A DNA stretch of 64,000 nucleotides from Candidatus Saccharimonadales bacterium (GTDB lineage: Bacteria; Patescibacteriota; Saccharimonadia; Saccharimonadales; Saccharimonadaceae): contig JBAQWG010000030.1 in assembly GCA_049298775.1 (NCBI GenBank), positions 7,490 through 71,489 on the forward strand. The letters are read 5' to 3'. Of the stretch, positions 18,030 to 27,496 are shown in pieces; position 1 is the first letter of the stretch; each line of letters starts with the position of its first letter. Both the position numbers and the translations under genes were made by a program. A model generated the notes under the pieces. The model saw only the letters and a list, made by a program, of their open reading frames with translations. It had not been told where the DNA came from and did not search any database.

Positions 18030-18725
18030 TTAACCGCGGCGATTAACGCCAGGCTTCATAAACGCCCTGCGCGCAATATCTGATATCGTCGTTCGTCGTG
18101 TCAACGCATCGCTTGATGCAACTATCATTGCAAGATCGCGTTTACGACTTTCATTCATAGTATCATCGTTGACGATAAGAAGTGTTGAATAAGCTGCATT
18201 TGCTTGTTCCTTAATAGATAGCTGAACCATACTAGGTGCAGCCGTATCAACCACAACCGCCCTACCATAAAAGCCGGATGAATCAATTAGAGCACGTAAT
18301 TTTTCAGACTTATATACTGGATAGATACCAACCACACCCTGATAACCGAAGCTATCATCATTGCGTTCCACGGTCGCTTCTATCATATTTTCTAACGCTT
18401 TCGACTGGTCTTCCCTATTAAGATGTTGCATCATAAATACACTAATGACAACATCGTACTGACTGCGAAACGCCTCCAAATTAGTCGCATCTGCCGGAAT
18501 CCAATTGGTACCCTCGGGCGGATCATTAATGTAATCCATATCAACCCTTGTTACCGATTGACCAAGTTGCCTTACGTTATTAGCAAAACTACTGTCGCCC
18601 GCGCCCACATCAAGAATTGTTTTTGTATTTTCTGGTGCGATGACATCACCAAAAACTTTTTTATAAAAGGCAACCGACCTACCGGTTCTTTCTATCTTTC
18701 TTTGTGTTTCTAGATTATGTATCAC
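18030..18725 (-). CDS. class I SAM-dependent methyltransferase
   Basis: Motif I ILDVGAGDSSFA, motif II-like DVVISVFMMQHL. GTG start as in the ORF track; start uncertain. Confidence 0.65.
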   Translation of the reverse strand: MIHNLETQRKIERTGRSVAFYKKVFGDVIAPENTKTILDVGAGDSSFANNVRQLGQSVTRVDMDYINDPPEGTNWIPADATNLEAFRSQYDVVISVFMMQHLNREDQSKALENMIEATVERNDDSFGYQGVVGIYPVYKSEKLRALIDSSGFYGRAVVVDTAAPSMVQLSIKEQANAAYSTLLIVNDDTMNESRKRDLAMIVASSDALTRRTTISDIARRAFMKPGVNRRG

Positions 18726-18792
18726 TTATTTAATTTACAGATTGTTGCACTTCGAGATTAAATCCAGGTATGGCGTGTGTGTGCATACGCTT

Positions 18793-20160
18793 TTATTCTG
18801 TTCTGAGTGCTTCAATCGGATCAAGCTTGGCGGCTTTTCGAGCCGGGAAATATCCTGCAACAACCGCAATAATCATCAATGCAATAATCAATCCAGCAAC
18901 TGGCAATGGCTGAAATATCAAAAGGTAGTTACCATCGCCAAGGCTTAATTGTTTTGTTATCCATGGATTCAACGCCGTACCCGTAACCCAAGCAACACCA
19001 GCACCTATAATTCCTCCAAGAAAACCTATCCAAGCCGCCTCATAGCGGAAGAGTTTTCCTACATCTGCCCGGTGCATGCCGAGTGCCTTCATTAAACCTA
19101 TCTGACTCGTACGTTCAAGGACACTAATATACTGAGTATTTATTATGCCAAATACACTTGCAAGCAGAGCAAGTACACCAAATCCAGCGACAATTCCTTG
19201 GAGTATATTGACAATCGTGAACAATAAATTTTGCAAATCCTTGGCTGTTTGCGCACCATAGCCAGCTTTTTCAAGCGACAATTTAATATCCTCTGGTTTA
19301 TAATCAGCTTTTGCACGAGCCGATGCTGCTGAATATTGCTGATAGTGACTAGTGCCAGTAGTCATAAAATCGGACAGCTGTTTTGCCTGGCCACTAGATA
19401 TCAACATGACTGTTTGTGCCGTCAATGCAGTTGACGACTTCTTAGTGACCGCACTTACAATGTAGCTCACAGTCTTTGTTTCACCTTGCGTCAGCTTTGT
19501 TAGCCCCTGTGTGCCTTCCGTTTTCAATATTTTCTCAATTTCCGCCTGTGTAGGGGCTGCTGCTGTACGCTCAAGGACAATAGTAACTTTTTTTCCTATC
19601 ATGTCTTTAGCATCAACACCTAAAGTCTTGGCGTAACTTTCGGGTATAACAATATTTTTGTCACTTATTTGTGTTCCCAGACCAGGAAGTGAACCAACAG
19701 CAGTATCGCTACGAATGCCATCGTCATAGGTTGACAATTCAGATACGTATTTACCGCTCTTACTTTCAATTGAAAAATATTTCATCGAAATATTATATAG
19801 AGGTTGAACTGCCTCTAAATCAGACCTTTTATTGAGTTTGTCGATATCAGCCTGTGTTAAAAGTTTTATATTTTGACCATTATTTGTATGTCCAGAAATT
19901 GTCGATTCATCATATTCTTGCACTCCGCTTGAACTTCGCGCACCCTCAAAAATCGACTTATCCTTAACTATGAAAAGTGCCTGCGGATTGATATTAGAGC
20001 CAATCAGTTTATCGGTATATTGTCGGGATCCCTCACCGGCAGCTATGCTAACAGTCAACGTGAACGCACCGACAGCAATAGCAAGGCTCGTAAGTAGCGT
20101 CCTAGTCTTAGCTTGACGTAAACTTCTGCCGGCCCTGCGAATAATGTCCCAACGCTTCAT
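18793..20160 (-). CDS. ABC transporter permease, MacB/FtsX-like with large extracytoplasmic domain
   Basis: 455 aa: TM1, about 270-aa external domain, then 3 C-terminal TMs ending ...ARKAAKLDPIEALRTE (FtsX-domain signature). Overlaps the ATPase gene by 1 nt. Confidence 0.8.
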   Translation of the reverse strand: MKRWDIIRRAGRSLRQAKTRTLLTSLAIAVGAFTLTVSIAAGEGSRQYTDKLIGSNINPQALFIVKDKSIFEGARSSSGVQEYDESTISGHTNNGQNIKLLTQADIDKLNKRSDLEAVQPLYNISMKYFSIESKSGKYVSELSTYDDGIRSDTAVGSLPGLGTQISDKNIVIPESYAKTLGVDAKDMIGKKVTIVLERTAAAPTQAEIEKILKTEGTQGLTKLTQGETKTVSYIVSAVTKKSSTALTAQTVMLISSGQAKQLSDFMTTGTSHYQQYSAASARAKADYKPEDIKLSLEKAGYGAQTAKDLQNLLFTIVNILQGIVAGFGVLALLASVFGIINTQYISVLERTSQIGLMKALGMHRADVGKLFRYEAAWIGFLGGIIGAGVAWVTGTALNPWITKQLSLGDGNYLLIFQPLPVAGLIIALMIIAVVAGYFPARKAAKLDPIEALRTE

Positions 20161-20894
20161 TACTGTACACCCCTACTACCTATTGGTCTTTTATCAAAAT
20201 GCGGTCTGGTGCCGATAGAACTTTCCTGATGAGTAACCAATTTGCCGTCTTTGACAAATAATTGCATATCGCATTTCTTTGCGAGATCTGCATCATGAGT
20301 AACTACAATAAGTGTAGTACCATGCTTTTTATTGTAATCAAAAAGCAATTTCTCAACTATTTCACCCGTACTACTATCCAAATTACCCGTTGGCTCATCT
20401 GCAAAAAGAATTGTCGGCTCATTCACTATCGCCCGGGCAATCGCCAGACGCTGTTTTTGTCCACCAGACAAATTACGAGCCTTCGATTTAATCTTATCTT
20501 CCAATTCAACTGCTTTTAGTGCTTTTATAACCTTGTTCTTACGTGCACGCTTAGATACACCAGCAATCTCCAGAGGTAAGCTCACGTTGTCAAAACAAGT
20601 TTCATTAGCCTGAACAAAAAACGATTGGAAGATAAAGCTCATTTTTGTTGCACGAAATTTATCAACAGCTTTTGGATTTAATTTCAGTATGTTCTCGTCA
20701 TCTATCACAACTTCGCCCTGTTGTGGTCGGTCCAATCCACTCATCGCGTGCATCAGAGTTGATTTACCACTACCCGACTTTCCAATAATCGCAACGCTCG
20801 CGCCATCGGAAATAGTAAACGACACATCATCAAGTGCGACAAATAAATTATGTTTTTTACCATAAGTCTTCGACAAATGCCGTACTTCAATCAT
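20160..20894 (-). CDS. ABC transporter ATP-binding protein (MacB/LolD-type)
   Basis: Walker A GKSGSGKST, LSGGQKQR, Walker B ILFADEPTGNLD. AGGAGG lies upstream. Confidence 0.9.
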   Translation of the reverse strand: MIEVRHLSKTYGKKHNLFVALDDVSFTISDGASVAIIGKSGSGKSTLMHAMSGLDRPQQGEVVIDDENILKLNPKAVDKFRATKMSFIFQSFFVQANETCFDNVSLPLEIAGVSKRARKNKVIKALKAVELEDKIKSKARNLSGGQKQRLAIARAIVNEPTILFADEPTGNLDSSTGEIVEKLLFDYNKKHGTTLIVVTHDADLAKKCDMQLFVKDGKLVTHQESSIGTRPHFDKRPIGSRGVQ

Positions 20895-21009
20895 GTACCC
20901 CTCCTACTTACGTTTATAATACCACAAAACCACTAGCCAACACCACCTCAAACCGAGCGCACGAACAACTACATACACATTAAGTAAGGCTTACTTGGCC
21001 TAGCTAATA

Positions 21010-21603
21010 TTAGACACCCGGAGCTTGATTTATTGAGGTGTTACTATCTTCGTTCATTGACCTGCCACTAGTCTGATTGTGAACCATGATATGTGTCGCA
21101 GTAATAACTCCATCATCACCCGCATTACCTATAATAATCACTGAGTCATTAATTGCCAAAGTAGTGTTGTTTCCACCGACTACCGTACTGCTAGTTTTTT
21201 TGACAGTTACTTGCTTACCATTACCACTCACAGTTAGCGTATTACCGTCTATTGCTGTTATGACACCCTTAGTTGCGCCTTCGGCAAAGCCTCGCCTACC
21301 GCCGAAATTATCCCCGCCCCTACTAAATACTCTACCGTCACCATTTTGCTGAAGCGTTCTACCGAACATAGCATCATTACGACTCATCACATTGCTACTA
21401 TGAACTGCAATCATTAACCAACTAGTTGCAATAAGCGCCAGCACAACAATTAGCGTAACAGCGCCAACCGTTATCAATGGCCACGGAGTACTACTTGTTA
21501 TCACTCTCTCTACTGGCAGATGCTTTGTATTTGTTTCGTCAATCGATTCTACGACTTCGGTTTCTTCAACTCTTTCGTCTTCAGATTTTTTCTTATCTGC
21601 CAT
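21010..21603 (-). CDS. membrane-anchored hypothetical protein (DUF5666-like beta-rich C-terminus?)
   Basis: Acidic N-terminus, one TM (WPLITVGAVTLIVVLALIATSWLMIAV), then a G/T/V-rich region (GVITAIDGNTLTVSGNGKQVTVKK...). AAGGAG lies upstream. Confidence 0.5.
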   Translation of the reverse strand: MADKKKSEDERVEETEVVESIDETNTKHLPVERVITSSTPWPLITVGAVTLIVVLALIATSWLMIAVHSSNVMSRNDAMFGRTLQQNGDGRVFSRGGDNFGGRRGFAEGATKGVITAIDGNTLTVSGNGKQVTVKKTSSTVVGGNNTTLAINDSVIIIGNAGDDGVITATHIMVHNQTSGRSMNEDSNTSINQAPGV

Positions 21604-21659
21604 AACGATTTCTCCTTCTAAGATAAGACTACACTGTAGACCTTAAAAAAGACTTGTAA

Positions 21660-22544
21660 TTAAAGAAAGTTACCATTTTTAAGCGCAGAAGCATGAAGGG
21701 CGGCGATTTTTTCAGTAACAGGATGTGCAATATCGAGTTTACGGCCGTCTATTTCGGCGACACTAGAAACAAATGCTGATGTCCCACATACAAATACCTC
21801 ATCGGCAATATATAATTCGGTTAAATCGACAGTACGTTCGTGGGTCGGCAACCCAGCCTTCTGAGCCATCTCGAGGATTGCCTTACGGTTGATGCCTTCA
21901 AGCAAATCACTACTCGTATCTGGCGTAATGACAACACCTCCGCGCACTATAAATATATTAGCCGCTGAAAGCTCGCAGACATGACCGGCTTGATCAAGAA
22001 ATATACAATCGTCATAACCAGCATCTAGCGCGTCCTGATGCGCCAACACGGAATTAACATATGCACCGTTGACCTTAGCACGAGATGGAATGCTAAAATC
22101 AGGCACCCTCCGCCAATGACTTGTCTTAAGGCGAACACCGGTAGGTTTCAAGATCGGACTTGCCTGGTACACAAATGCGCTCAACTGGGTCGAAACACCT
22201 CGTGACTTTGTCCCCGAAAGAATACCATCAGCATGAAGTGTTGCGCGTACGAATAACGGCTTGTCAGGTTCATTAACCTCAATTAAATCTTTGATAATTT
22301 TCTTAAAATTACTAAAATCTAAATTCATTGGCCATTCCAGACCGATGATTTTCGCTGATGAGCGCAGCCGATTATAATGGTCATCTAGTCGAAAAGCCCT
22401 ATAGCCAGCTTCACTTGGATACACATAAAACACCGTGTAAACGCTGAGGCCATACATCACCGCAGAACTAGCGATAGATAACTTCGAATCACCAATAAAA
22501 CCTATCTTGCCATCAAAATAGGTTCTGTCATATATTTTAGCCAT
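21660..22544 (-). CDS. class IV (fold-type IV) aminotransferase: branched-chain or D-amino-acid aminotransferase
   Basis: 294 aa; layout typical of IlvE/Dat (YGLSVY..., ...ANIFIVRGGVVITP...LEGINR...). Substrate specificity cannot be read from the sequence. Confidence 0.7.
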   Translation of the reverse strand: MAKIYDRTYFDGKIGFIGDSKLSIASSAVMYGLSVYTVFYVYPSEAGYRAFRLDDHYNRLRSSAKIIGLEWPMNLDFSNFKKIIKDLIEVNEPDKPLFVRATLHADGILSGTKSRGVSTQLSAFVYQASPILKPTGVRLKTSHWRRVPDFSIPSRAKVNGAYVNSVLAHQDALDAGYDDCIFLDQAGHVCELSAANIFIVRGGVVITPDTSSDLLEGINRKAILEMAQKAGLPTHERTVDLTELYIADEVFVCGTSAFVSSVAEIDGRKLDIAHPVTEKIAALHASALKNGNFL

Positions 22545-22545
22545 A

Positions 22546-24063
22546 TTACCTCCCTAGGTTTATGTCTGGGTATAGTGACTTAGTCGTCTCGTCAATTTCA
22601 TTGCGAAGAGCCGGAAAAGGCACACCCTCACGTGCCGACACACCCTCCAAAGACCAAAATACACGCTCTGAAAATCCCAATCCGCAAGCTGGCGGCATTG
22701 CATATTCCAACGCCTCGACATAATCAATATCCATCATCTGAGCCTCATCATCACCCTCGTCACGAAGTTTTTGTTGCTCTAGGAATCGATTATATTGATC
22801 AATTGGATCATTTAATTCCGAAAAGGCCTTACACATCTCACTACCGCCAAACACAAGGTTAAACTGCTCGGTCAGCTGGGGATTGTCCGGTTGGACTTTA
22901 GCGAGCGGCTGCATAAATGTCGGCATGTCAACCAAAAATACTGGCCCAGCGAGTGTCTTGCGATATTTTTTCCATAACTTATCGAGGCTCCGCTGACGAT
23001 TATCCTGCTTCTCTACTTCAAGGCCATGTTCTTTCAATTTTAATGCAATATCTTCAATCGAAGATTCAAATACATCAAGGCCATATTCGTTCTTAAGAAT
23101 CTCAACAAAGCTAACACGCGGAAAATGATCGCCATCGCTACCAAAATCAACATGCTTACCATCAGCAAGCGTAAACTGGCGCGTACCCCATGTCGTATCA
23201 ACGATAGAACGAATCATCTGCTCGGTTAGTTCCATGCCTTTTTCCCAATCAGCATAAGCCCAGTACCACTCCATTGCTATGTGTTCCGGTAAGTGCTCGT
23301 CGCTATAATTTTCATTACGAAACCTTGGGCCAATATCAAACACTTTCTCGTAACCCGCCACCAGCAAACGCTTTAGTGGCAATTCGTGGCTAATGCGTAA
23401 ATAAAAATCCTGATCCAGCGCATCCATATGTGTCGTAAATGGTGTTGCGTCAGCTCCACCCGCAGTTGCCTCGAGAACAGGAATGTTAATTTCAAGAAAA
23501 CCTTGTTGAGTCATAAAATCACGTGTCGCTTGCCAAAAGTGGCTACGGCGGACAAAACGCTCTCGCACGTCTTGATTGACGTTCATATCAACATAGCGAC
23601 GACGTAAGCGTTGCTCTTTGTCATTCAATTCACTAGGAAGTGGTCTCAGACTTTTAGTAAGAAGCCGTAACGACTTAACGCCAACGGATATTTCACCAGT
23701 TTTCGTCTTAATAACATCACCAGTAGCCTCAACAAAATCACCACTATCAAGAAGTGGCAGTTGTTCCATACCTAAAATGCCGTTAACAGCATCGAGCCGA
23801 GCAACATCTGGTCCATGAAGAAATAGTTGCACTTGCCCACTTTGATCGCGCAAAACAATAAATGCCAACTTACCAAATTTGCGAAGTCCCATAATACGCC
23901 CGGTAATTGTTACTGTTTGATTCTCAAGTTCATCAAAACGCGAAGTAATATCTATTGTATTGTGTGAACGATGAGATTGTGCCGGGTAAGGATTAACTCC
24001 CAAATCCTGTAATTCTTTCAGTTTCCGTAATCGTTCGTCTCTGTAATCTTGGAGAGTTGCCAT
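22546..24063 (-). CDS. lysS: lysyl-tRNA synthetase (class II)
   Basis: OB anticodon-binding N-domain, class II motifs (FRNE..S..H.PE, GGSEM..AFSELNDP, G.G.SER), 505 aa. Confidence 0.95.
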   Translation of the reverse strand: MATLQDYRDERLRKLKELQDLGVNPYPAQSHRSHNTIDITSRFDELENQTVTITGRIMGLRKFGKLAFIVLRDQSGQVQLFLHGPDVARLDAVNGILGMEQLPLLDSGDFVEATGDVIKTKTGEISVGVKSLRLLTKSLRPLPSELNDKEQRLRRRYVDMNVNQDVRERFVRRSHFWQATRDFMTQQGFLEINIPVLEATAGGADATPFTTHMDALDQDFYLRISHELPLKRLLVAGYEKVFDIGPRFRNENYSDEHLPEHIAMEWYWAYADWEKGMELTEQMIRSIVDTTWGTRQFTLADGKHVDFGSDGDHFPRVSFVEILKNEYGLDVFESSIEDIALKLKEHGLEVEKQDNRQRSLDKLWKKYRKTLAGPVFLVDMPTFMQPLAKVQPDNPQLTEQFNLVFGGSEMCKAFSELNDPIDQYNRFLEQQKLRDEGDDEAQMMDIDYVEALEYAMPPACGLGFSERVFWSLEGVSAREGVPFPALRNEIDETTKSLYPDINLGR

Positions 24064-24071
24064 ATGTAAGC

Positions 24072-24077
24072 ATTATA
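24072..24077 (-). promoter_or_regulatory. -10 box TATAAT 8 nt upstream of lysS ATG (leaderless candidate)
   Basis: Complement reads agtgTATAATgcttacatATG; no SD. Confidence 0.45.
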
Positions 24078-24102
24078 CACTAATTTTTGAAATAACAGAG
24101 GT

Positions 24103-24134
24103 AATTGTGGAAAAATGTGAGCAATTTCACAATT
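24103..24134. promoter_or_regulatory. inverted repeat AATTGTG-N18-CACAATT in the lysS/ORFan divergent spacer (candidate operator)
   Basis: Arms at 24103-24109 and 24128-24134. They extend imperfectly to aattgtgGaaa / tttcacaatt. Confidence 0.35.
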
Positions 24135-24208
24135 TCATAACTCATAGGAGGTATAAATCTGTTGATTCAATATGCTTGTGGTGCTAACATAGAAAGATAA
24201 GTAAATCG

Positions 24209-24214
24209 TAATAT
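24209..24214 (+). promoter_or_regulatory. -10-like TAATAT 7 nt upstream of ATG 24222
   Basis: cgTAATATagcatagATG; no SD before 24222. Confidence 0.35.
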
Positions 24215-24221
24215 AGCATAG

Positions 24222-24542
24222 ATGGTATTTAATATGGAAAACACATACAAAACATCAGTCCAAACAAACGCTTACTACGAAACTCCACTAGACCGGCTCA
24301 AGGGAAATGAACACCTTACGCGATGCGATAAAGCAGGTGAGAAGGATCCAGCCGTAGAAATATTTATTAACCCAAAAGGTGGTTTTGATATTTCTGAGCC
24401 ATATAAATATGGTACTCGCGAACAAAAAGCTTTATCACATATAATAGGAGCTTTTCTAGTTGAGTATCTTCCAGTTGAAATTGACTATCATTCATTGGAT
24501 GAATCAGCAAATAGAGATACTGACGAAAGGCTCATAGCATGA
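24222..24542 (+). CDS. hypothetical protein (ORFan, 106 aa)
   Basis: ORF only, no recognisable motif. Its stop overlaps the next start (ATGA 24539-24542). Confidence 0.5.
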   Translation: MVFNMENTYKTSVQTNAYYETPLDRLKGNEHLTRCDKAGEKDPAVEIFINPKGGFDISEPYKYGTREQKALSHIIGAFLVEYLPVEIDYHSLDESANRDTDERLIA

Positions 24543-25561
24543 CACGAACATACGAAAGAACAATTCGACCTGAGGATGAAGTGGATAGAACACTTGGTGG
24601 AGAAATTGTAAATATGCCATCAGATGTAATCGATGAATTTGCAACACATTCATCCCTCAAAGAAACAATAGACACTATATCCATAGATAGTGGCCTAACT
24701 AACCTGCTCGACGTTGATAGAGATAAATTAGGCGAAGTTTTACTCGAACAATCACATAATTTGGCAGCGGAAATATTACCACCAAATGTCAGTCGAGAGA
24801 TTGGCATTTACCCTAGCATCCCTGATAATGCCGGGATGCACCACCCACCCAGCATATTCGACATCGAACTCCTTGGAGCCGCTTGGGATATATCACGCGA
24901 CCCACAAACCTTAGAGGCTATACAGCATGCCGTTCAGGAAGTAGATGACCCCAAAGCAATCATTGCCGAGAAGGCTTTGGACATAGCAGTCGAAAATGAT
25001 GGTAGTTTTATCGAGAATTACCGTAAGGGGATTGAGAAACAATTAGTCGATAGCGCTACTGACGAAATAGATGCCGAACGAGTTAATGGACTTGATGGAG
25101 TTATGTCTATTGGCGATATTGCCCTCCGAAATACAATCATGGCAATTATTGACACAAAGATGGATAACTATTATGCCTTGAGTGCGACAACCTATATCGA
25201 CCTCAACCCTCACGCAATCACGTATGTAGATCACGTAGAACTACGGGCAGCTCTGTCTGACGATGAGGCAAATGAACGACTTGCAAGTCCAATCGCGATG
25301 CCAAACATAGAATTAGAGCAAGCTACAGATTCGATCGACGAATCTAATTCTAAAACCGATTCTTCCAACAACGGCATTAGAATATCCATACCTCTAGCCA
25401 TACTACCAGACAAAACAGCAATCAATAATGATAGAGCCGGGCGACTATCAGAGCAAGCACGAGACACCGCCAAAACTAAAGTTAATCAAAATATGAAACA
25501 TAAAATCAAATCAATAAAAAGCGCCCTTGCAACTCGTGGAATTACACAATACGAATTCTAG
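24539..25561 (+). CDS. hypothetical acidic protein (ORFan, 340 aa)
   Basis: D/E-rich, no TM or signal, no motif recognised. Translationally coupled to the 106-aa ORF. Confidence 0.55.
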   Translation: MTRTYERTIRPEDEVDRTLGGEIVNMPSDVIDEFATHSSLKETIDTISIDSGLTNLLDVDRDKLGEVLLEQSHNLAAEILPPNVSREIGIYPSIPDNAGMHHPPSIFDIELLGAAWDISRDPQTLEAIQHAVQEVDDPKAIIAEKALDIAVENDGSFIENYRKGIEKQLVDSATDEIDAERVNGLDGVMSIGDIALRNTIMAIIDTKMDNYYALSATTYIDLNPHAITYVDHVELRAALSDDEANERLASPIAMPNIELEQATDSIDESNSKTDSSNNGIRISIPLAILPDKTAINNDRAGRLSEQARDTAKTKVNQNMKHKIKSIKSALATRGITQYEF

Positions 25562-25566
25562 GTAAT

Positions 25567-25595
25567 AAAATAACTCCTTAAAACGGAGTTATTTT
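25567..25595. terminator. bidirectional intrinsic terminator between ORFan operon and greA
   Basis: AAAATAACTCC-ttaaaac-GGAGTTATTTT: a perfect 11-bp stem with an A-run on the left and a T-run on the right, so it can function on both strands. Confidence 0.75.
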
Positions 25596-25610
25596 ATTAC
25601 AACACTAACT

Positions 25611-26066
25611 CTAGCCTAAACTGACAACTTCGTACTCGATATTACCCTTTGGTGTGGTTATCGTTGCAGTCTCACCAACTTTTTTGCCCATAAGTGCCAA
25701 GCCAATTGGAGATTCGTTACTAATCTTACCGCCGAGTGGATCTGCCTCAACTGGACCTACGACATGATAAGTAAACGTCTTCTTGCCGGTTTTAAGTTCG
25801 ACTTTACTGCCAAGTTTGACACTGCTACTACGAGACGCCGTTATAATCTCTGCGTTCAGTAAAATATCTTCAATTTCCGCTATACGACTCTCGACTAACC
25901 CTTGTTCTTCTCTAGCTGAATCATACTCCGCGTTTTCGCTTAAATCGCCATATCCGCGAGCATCAGCAATCTTATCAGCAATAGCGCCACGGCGACCCTT
26001 TAGCTCTGCAAGCTCTGCCTCGAGTTCTTGTTTACCCGAATCGGTAATTTGATACTGTTTCTTCAT
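25611..26066 (-). CDS. greA: transcription elongation factor GreA
   Basis: 151 aa: N-terminal coiled coil with ...GDLSENAEYD..., C-terminal globular domain. Confidence 0.92.
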   Translation of the reverse strand: MKKQYQITDSGKQELEAELAELKGRRGAIADKIADARGYGDLSENAEYDSAREEQGLVESRIAEIEDILLNAEIITASRSSSVKLGSKVELKTGKKTFTYHVVGPVEADPLGGKISNESPIGLALMGKKVGETATITTPKGNIEYEVVSLG

Positions 26067-26133
26067 TATTGTTCCTTATATTTTCTATCTCGTATTAGTT
26101 ATAAAAAGCGCTGAAACCAGCACCCTCCAATAA

Positions 26134-27384
26134 TCACTTTGATTGAATTAGTTTATCAAACAGCTCCAAACGTGTCAATCCAGATGTTTCACCACTTAAT
26201 CGAAGTGTGTACTCATATTTTTCCGCCTCAACTAATCGATCACTGATGGTTATACGGTGCGGGATTCCAATTAGTTCACTATCGGCAAATTTTGTACCAG
26301 GCCGCTCGTCGCGATCATCATACAGCACCTCGATACCCTGAGTAGTCAAATCATCATACAGCTCATCAGCGTGTTTTGTTGCTGCCTCACCACCAATACG
26401 TACCAAGTAAACTCTAAATGGAGCAACAGTCTCTGGCCAGACAATACCCTTTTCATCGGCAAATTTTTCAACAATCACACCCATAACACGCGTAATACCA
26501 ATACCGTAAGATGCCAAGTAAATTGGTTTTTGCGTACCATCACTATCCGTAAAATAAATACCCATCTGCTCAGCTTTTTCAGTGCCAAATTTGAAAATAT
26601 TCCCTACTTCGGCGCTCTTAACTGGTTTTAGCTCTGATTTATCGATGCCGAGTTCCTTAGTTGCATCATCAAGCACTTCTTCATTGACCGCAACGGTGTG
26701 ATTATCATTGACATATAATATATCCTCACCAGCATCACAAATCGTCTGAAATTCATGGCTAAACTTTGTGAATGCCCCTCCACTTGCAAATGTAACAAAC
26801 GTACTGTCGCCAAGCCCGAAACGCTCATAGGCTCGCTTATAGGCCTCAATGACTTTATCATAATAGGCATCCATATCTTCTTGAGTTGCATGTAATGAAT
26901 ACATATCTTTCATAATAAATTCGCGACCCCGCATTATGCCACTTTTGGCGCGCAGTTCGTTACGTAATTTAGTCTGAAATTGATAAACACTTGTCGGTAA
27001 ATCTTTATAGCTTTTGATGAACTGTTGCATCATTTCCAGAATCGCCTCTTCGTGACTCCAGCCAAATCCTACTTCTGTGTCATCTTTTAATTTGGACTTA
27101 AACCAAACATCAACAACCTCATCGTTCCAACGTCCGGTTCCTTCCCATGTCTCTTTACGCTGCAGGCTACTCATAATAATTTCCTGCCCGTTGATATCGT
27201 TCATCTCTTCACGAACAATTTGCTTGATTTTTTCAAGCACTCTCAACCCAAGGGGCGTATAGGCATAGACACCCGCCATTACTTTATAGACATATCCCGC
27301 CTGTATTAAAAGCTGTGCGTTTTTCGCAGTTTCATTTGCTGGAACAGTTTTACTCGTTTTTGTAAAAAGTTGTGAAACTCTCAT
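26134..27384 (-). CDS. proS: prolyl-tRNA synthetase, bacterial-like but lacking the INS editing domain
   Basis: MRVSQLFTKT..., GWSHEEA, RNELRAKSGIMRGREFIMKDMYS (motif 2), SHEFQ; only about 30 aa where INS normally sits. Start moved to ATG 27384 (GGAG 8 nt upstream) from track 27420. Confidence 0.85.
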   Translation of the reverse strand: MRVSQLFTKTSKTVPANETAKNAQLLIQAGYVYKVMAGVYAYTPLGLRVLEKIKQIVREEMNDINGQEIIMSSLQRKETWEGTGRWNDEVVDVWFKSKLKDDTEVGFGWSHEEAILEMMQQFIKSYKDLPTSVYQFQTKLRNELRAKSGIMRGREFIMKDMYSLHATQEDMDAYYDKVIEAYKRAYERFGLGDSTFVTFASGGAFTKFSHEFQTICDAGEDILYVNDNHTVAVNEEVLDDATKELGIDKSELKPVKSAEVGNIFKFGTEKAEQMGIYFTDSDGTQKPIYLASYGIGITRVMGVIVEKFADEKGIVWPETVAPFRVYLVRIGGEAATKHADELYDDLTTQGIEVLYDDRDERPGTKFADSELIGIPHRITISDRLVEAEKYEYTLRLSGETSGLTRLELFDKLIQSK

Positions 27385-27496
27385 TGTATACTCCAGACTT
27401 ATATAATTAATTTGAGACAAATAAAGAAAGTTATCTATAACCGTACAAAATCACACTCGTTACATTATAGCGAAACGAGAGAAAATCACAAACTTA

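Noticed and set aside
20982-20996. 15-nt palindrome AAGTAAGGCTTACTT downstream of the 197-aa gene
   Set aside because: The central loop would be only 1-3 nt and no U-run follows, so a terminator call is weak. It is a single occurrence and I found no second copy by eye.
21660-22544. Calling the class IV aminotransferase a D-amino-acid aminotransferase that supplies D-Glu
   Set aside because: Fold-type IV includes both BCAT and Dat, and I cannot distinguish them by eye. The assignment matters for the MurL hypothesis, so I left it generic.
24146-24200. AGGAGG followed by a mini-ORF (TTG 24162, 12 codons; or ATG 24172, 6 codons) upstream of the ORFan pair
   Set aside because: It is too short, has a non-ATG start and has no supporting evidence. 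It could be a leader peptide, but I cannot support that from sequence alone.
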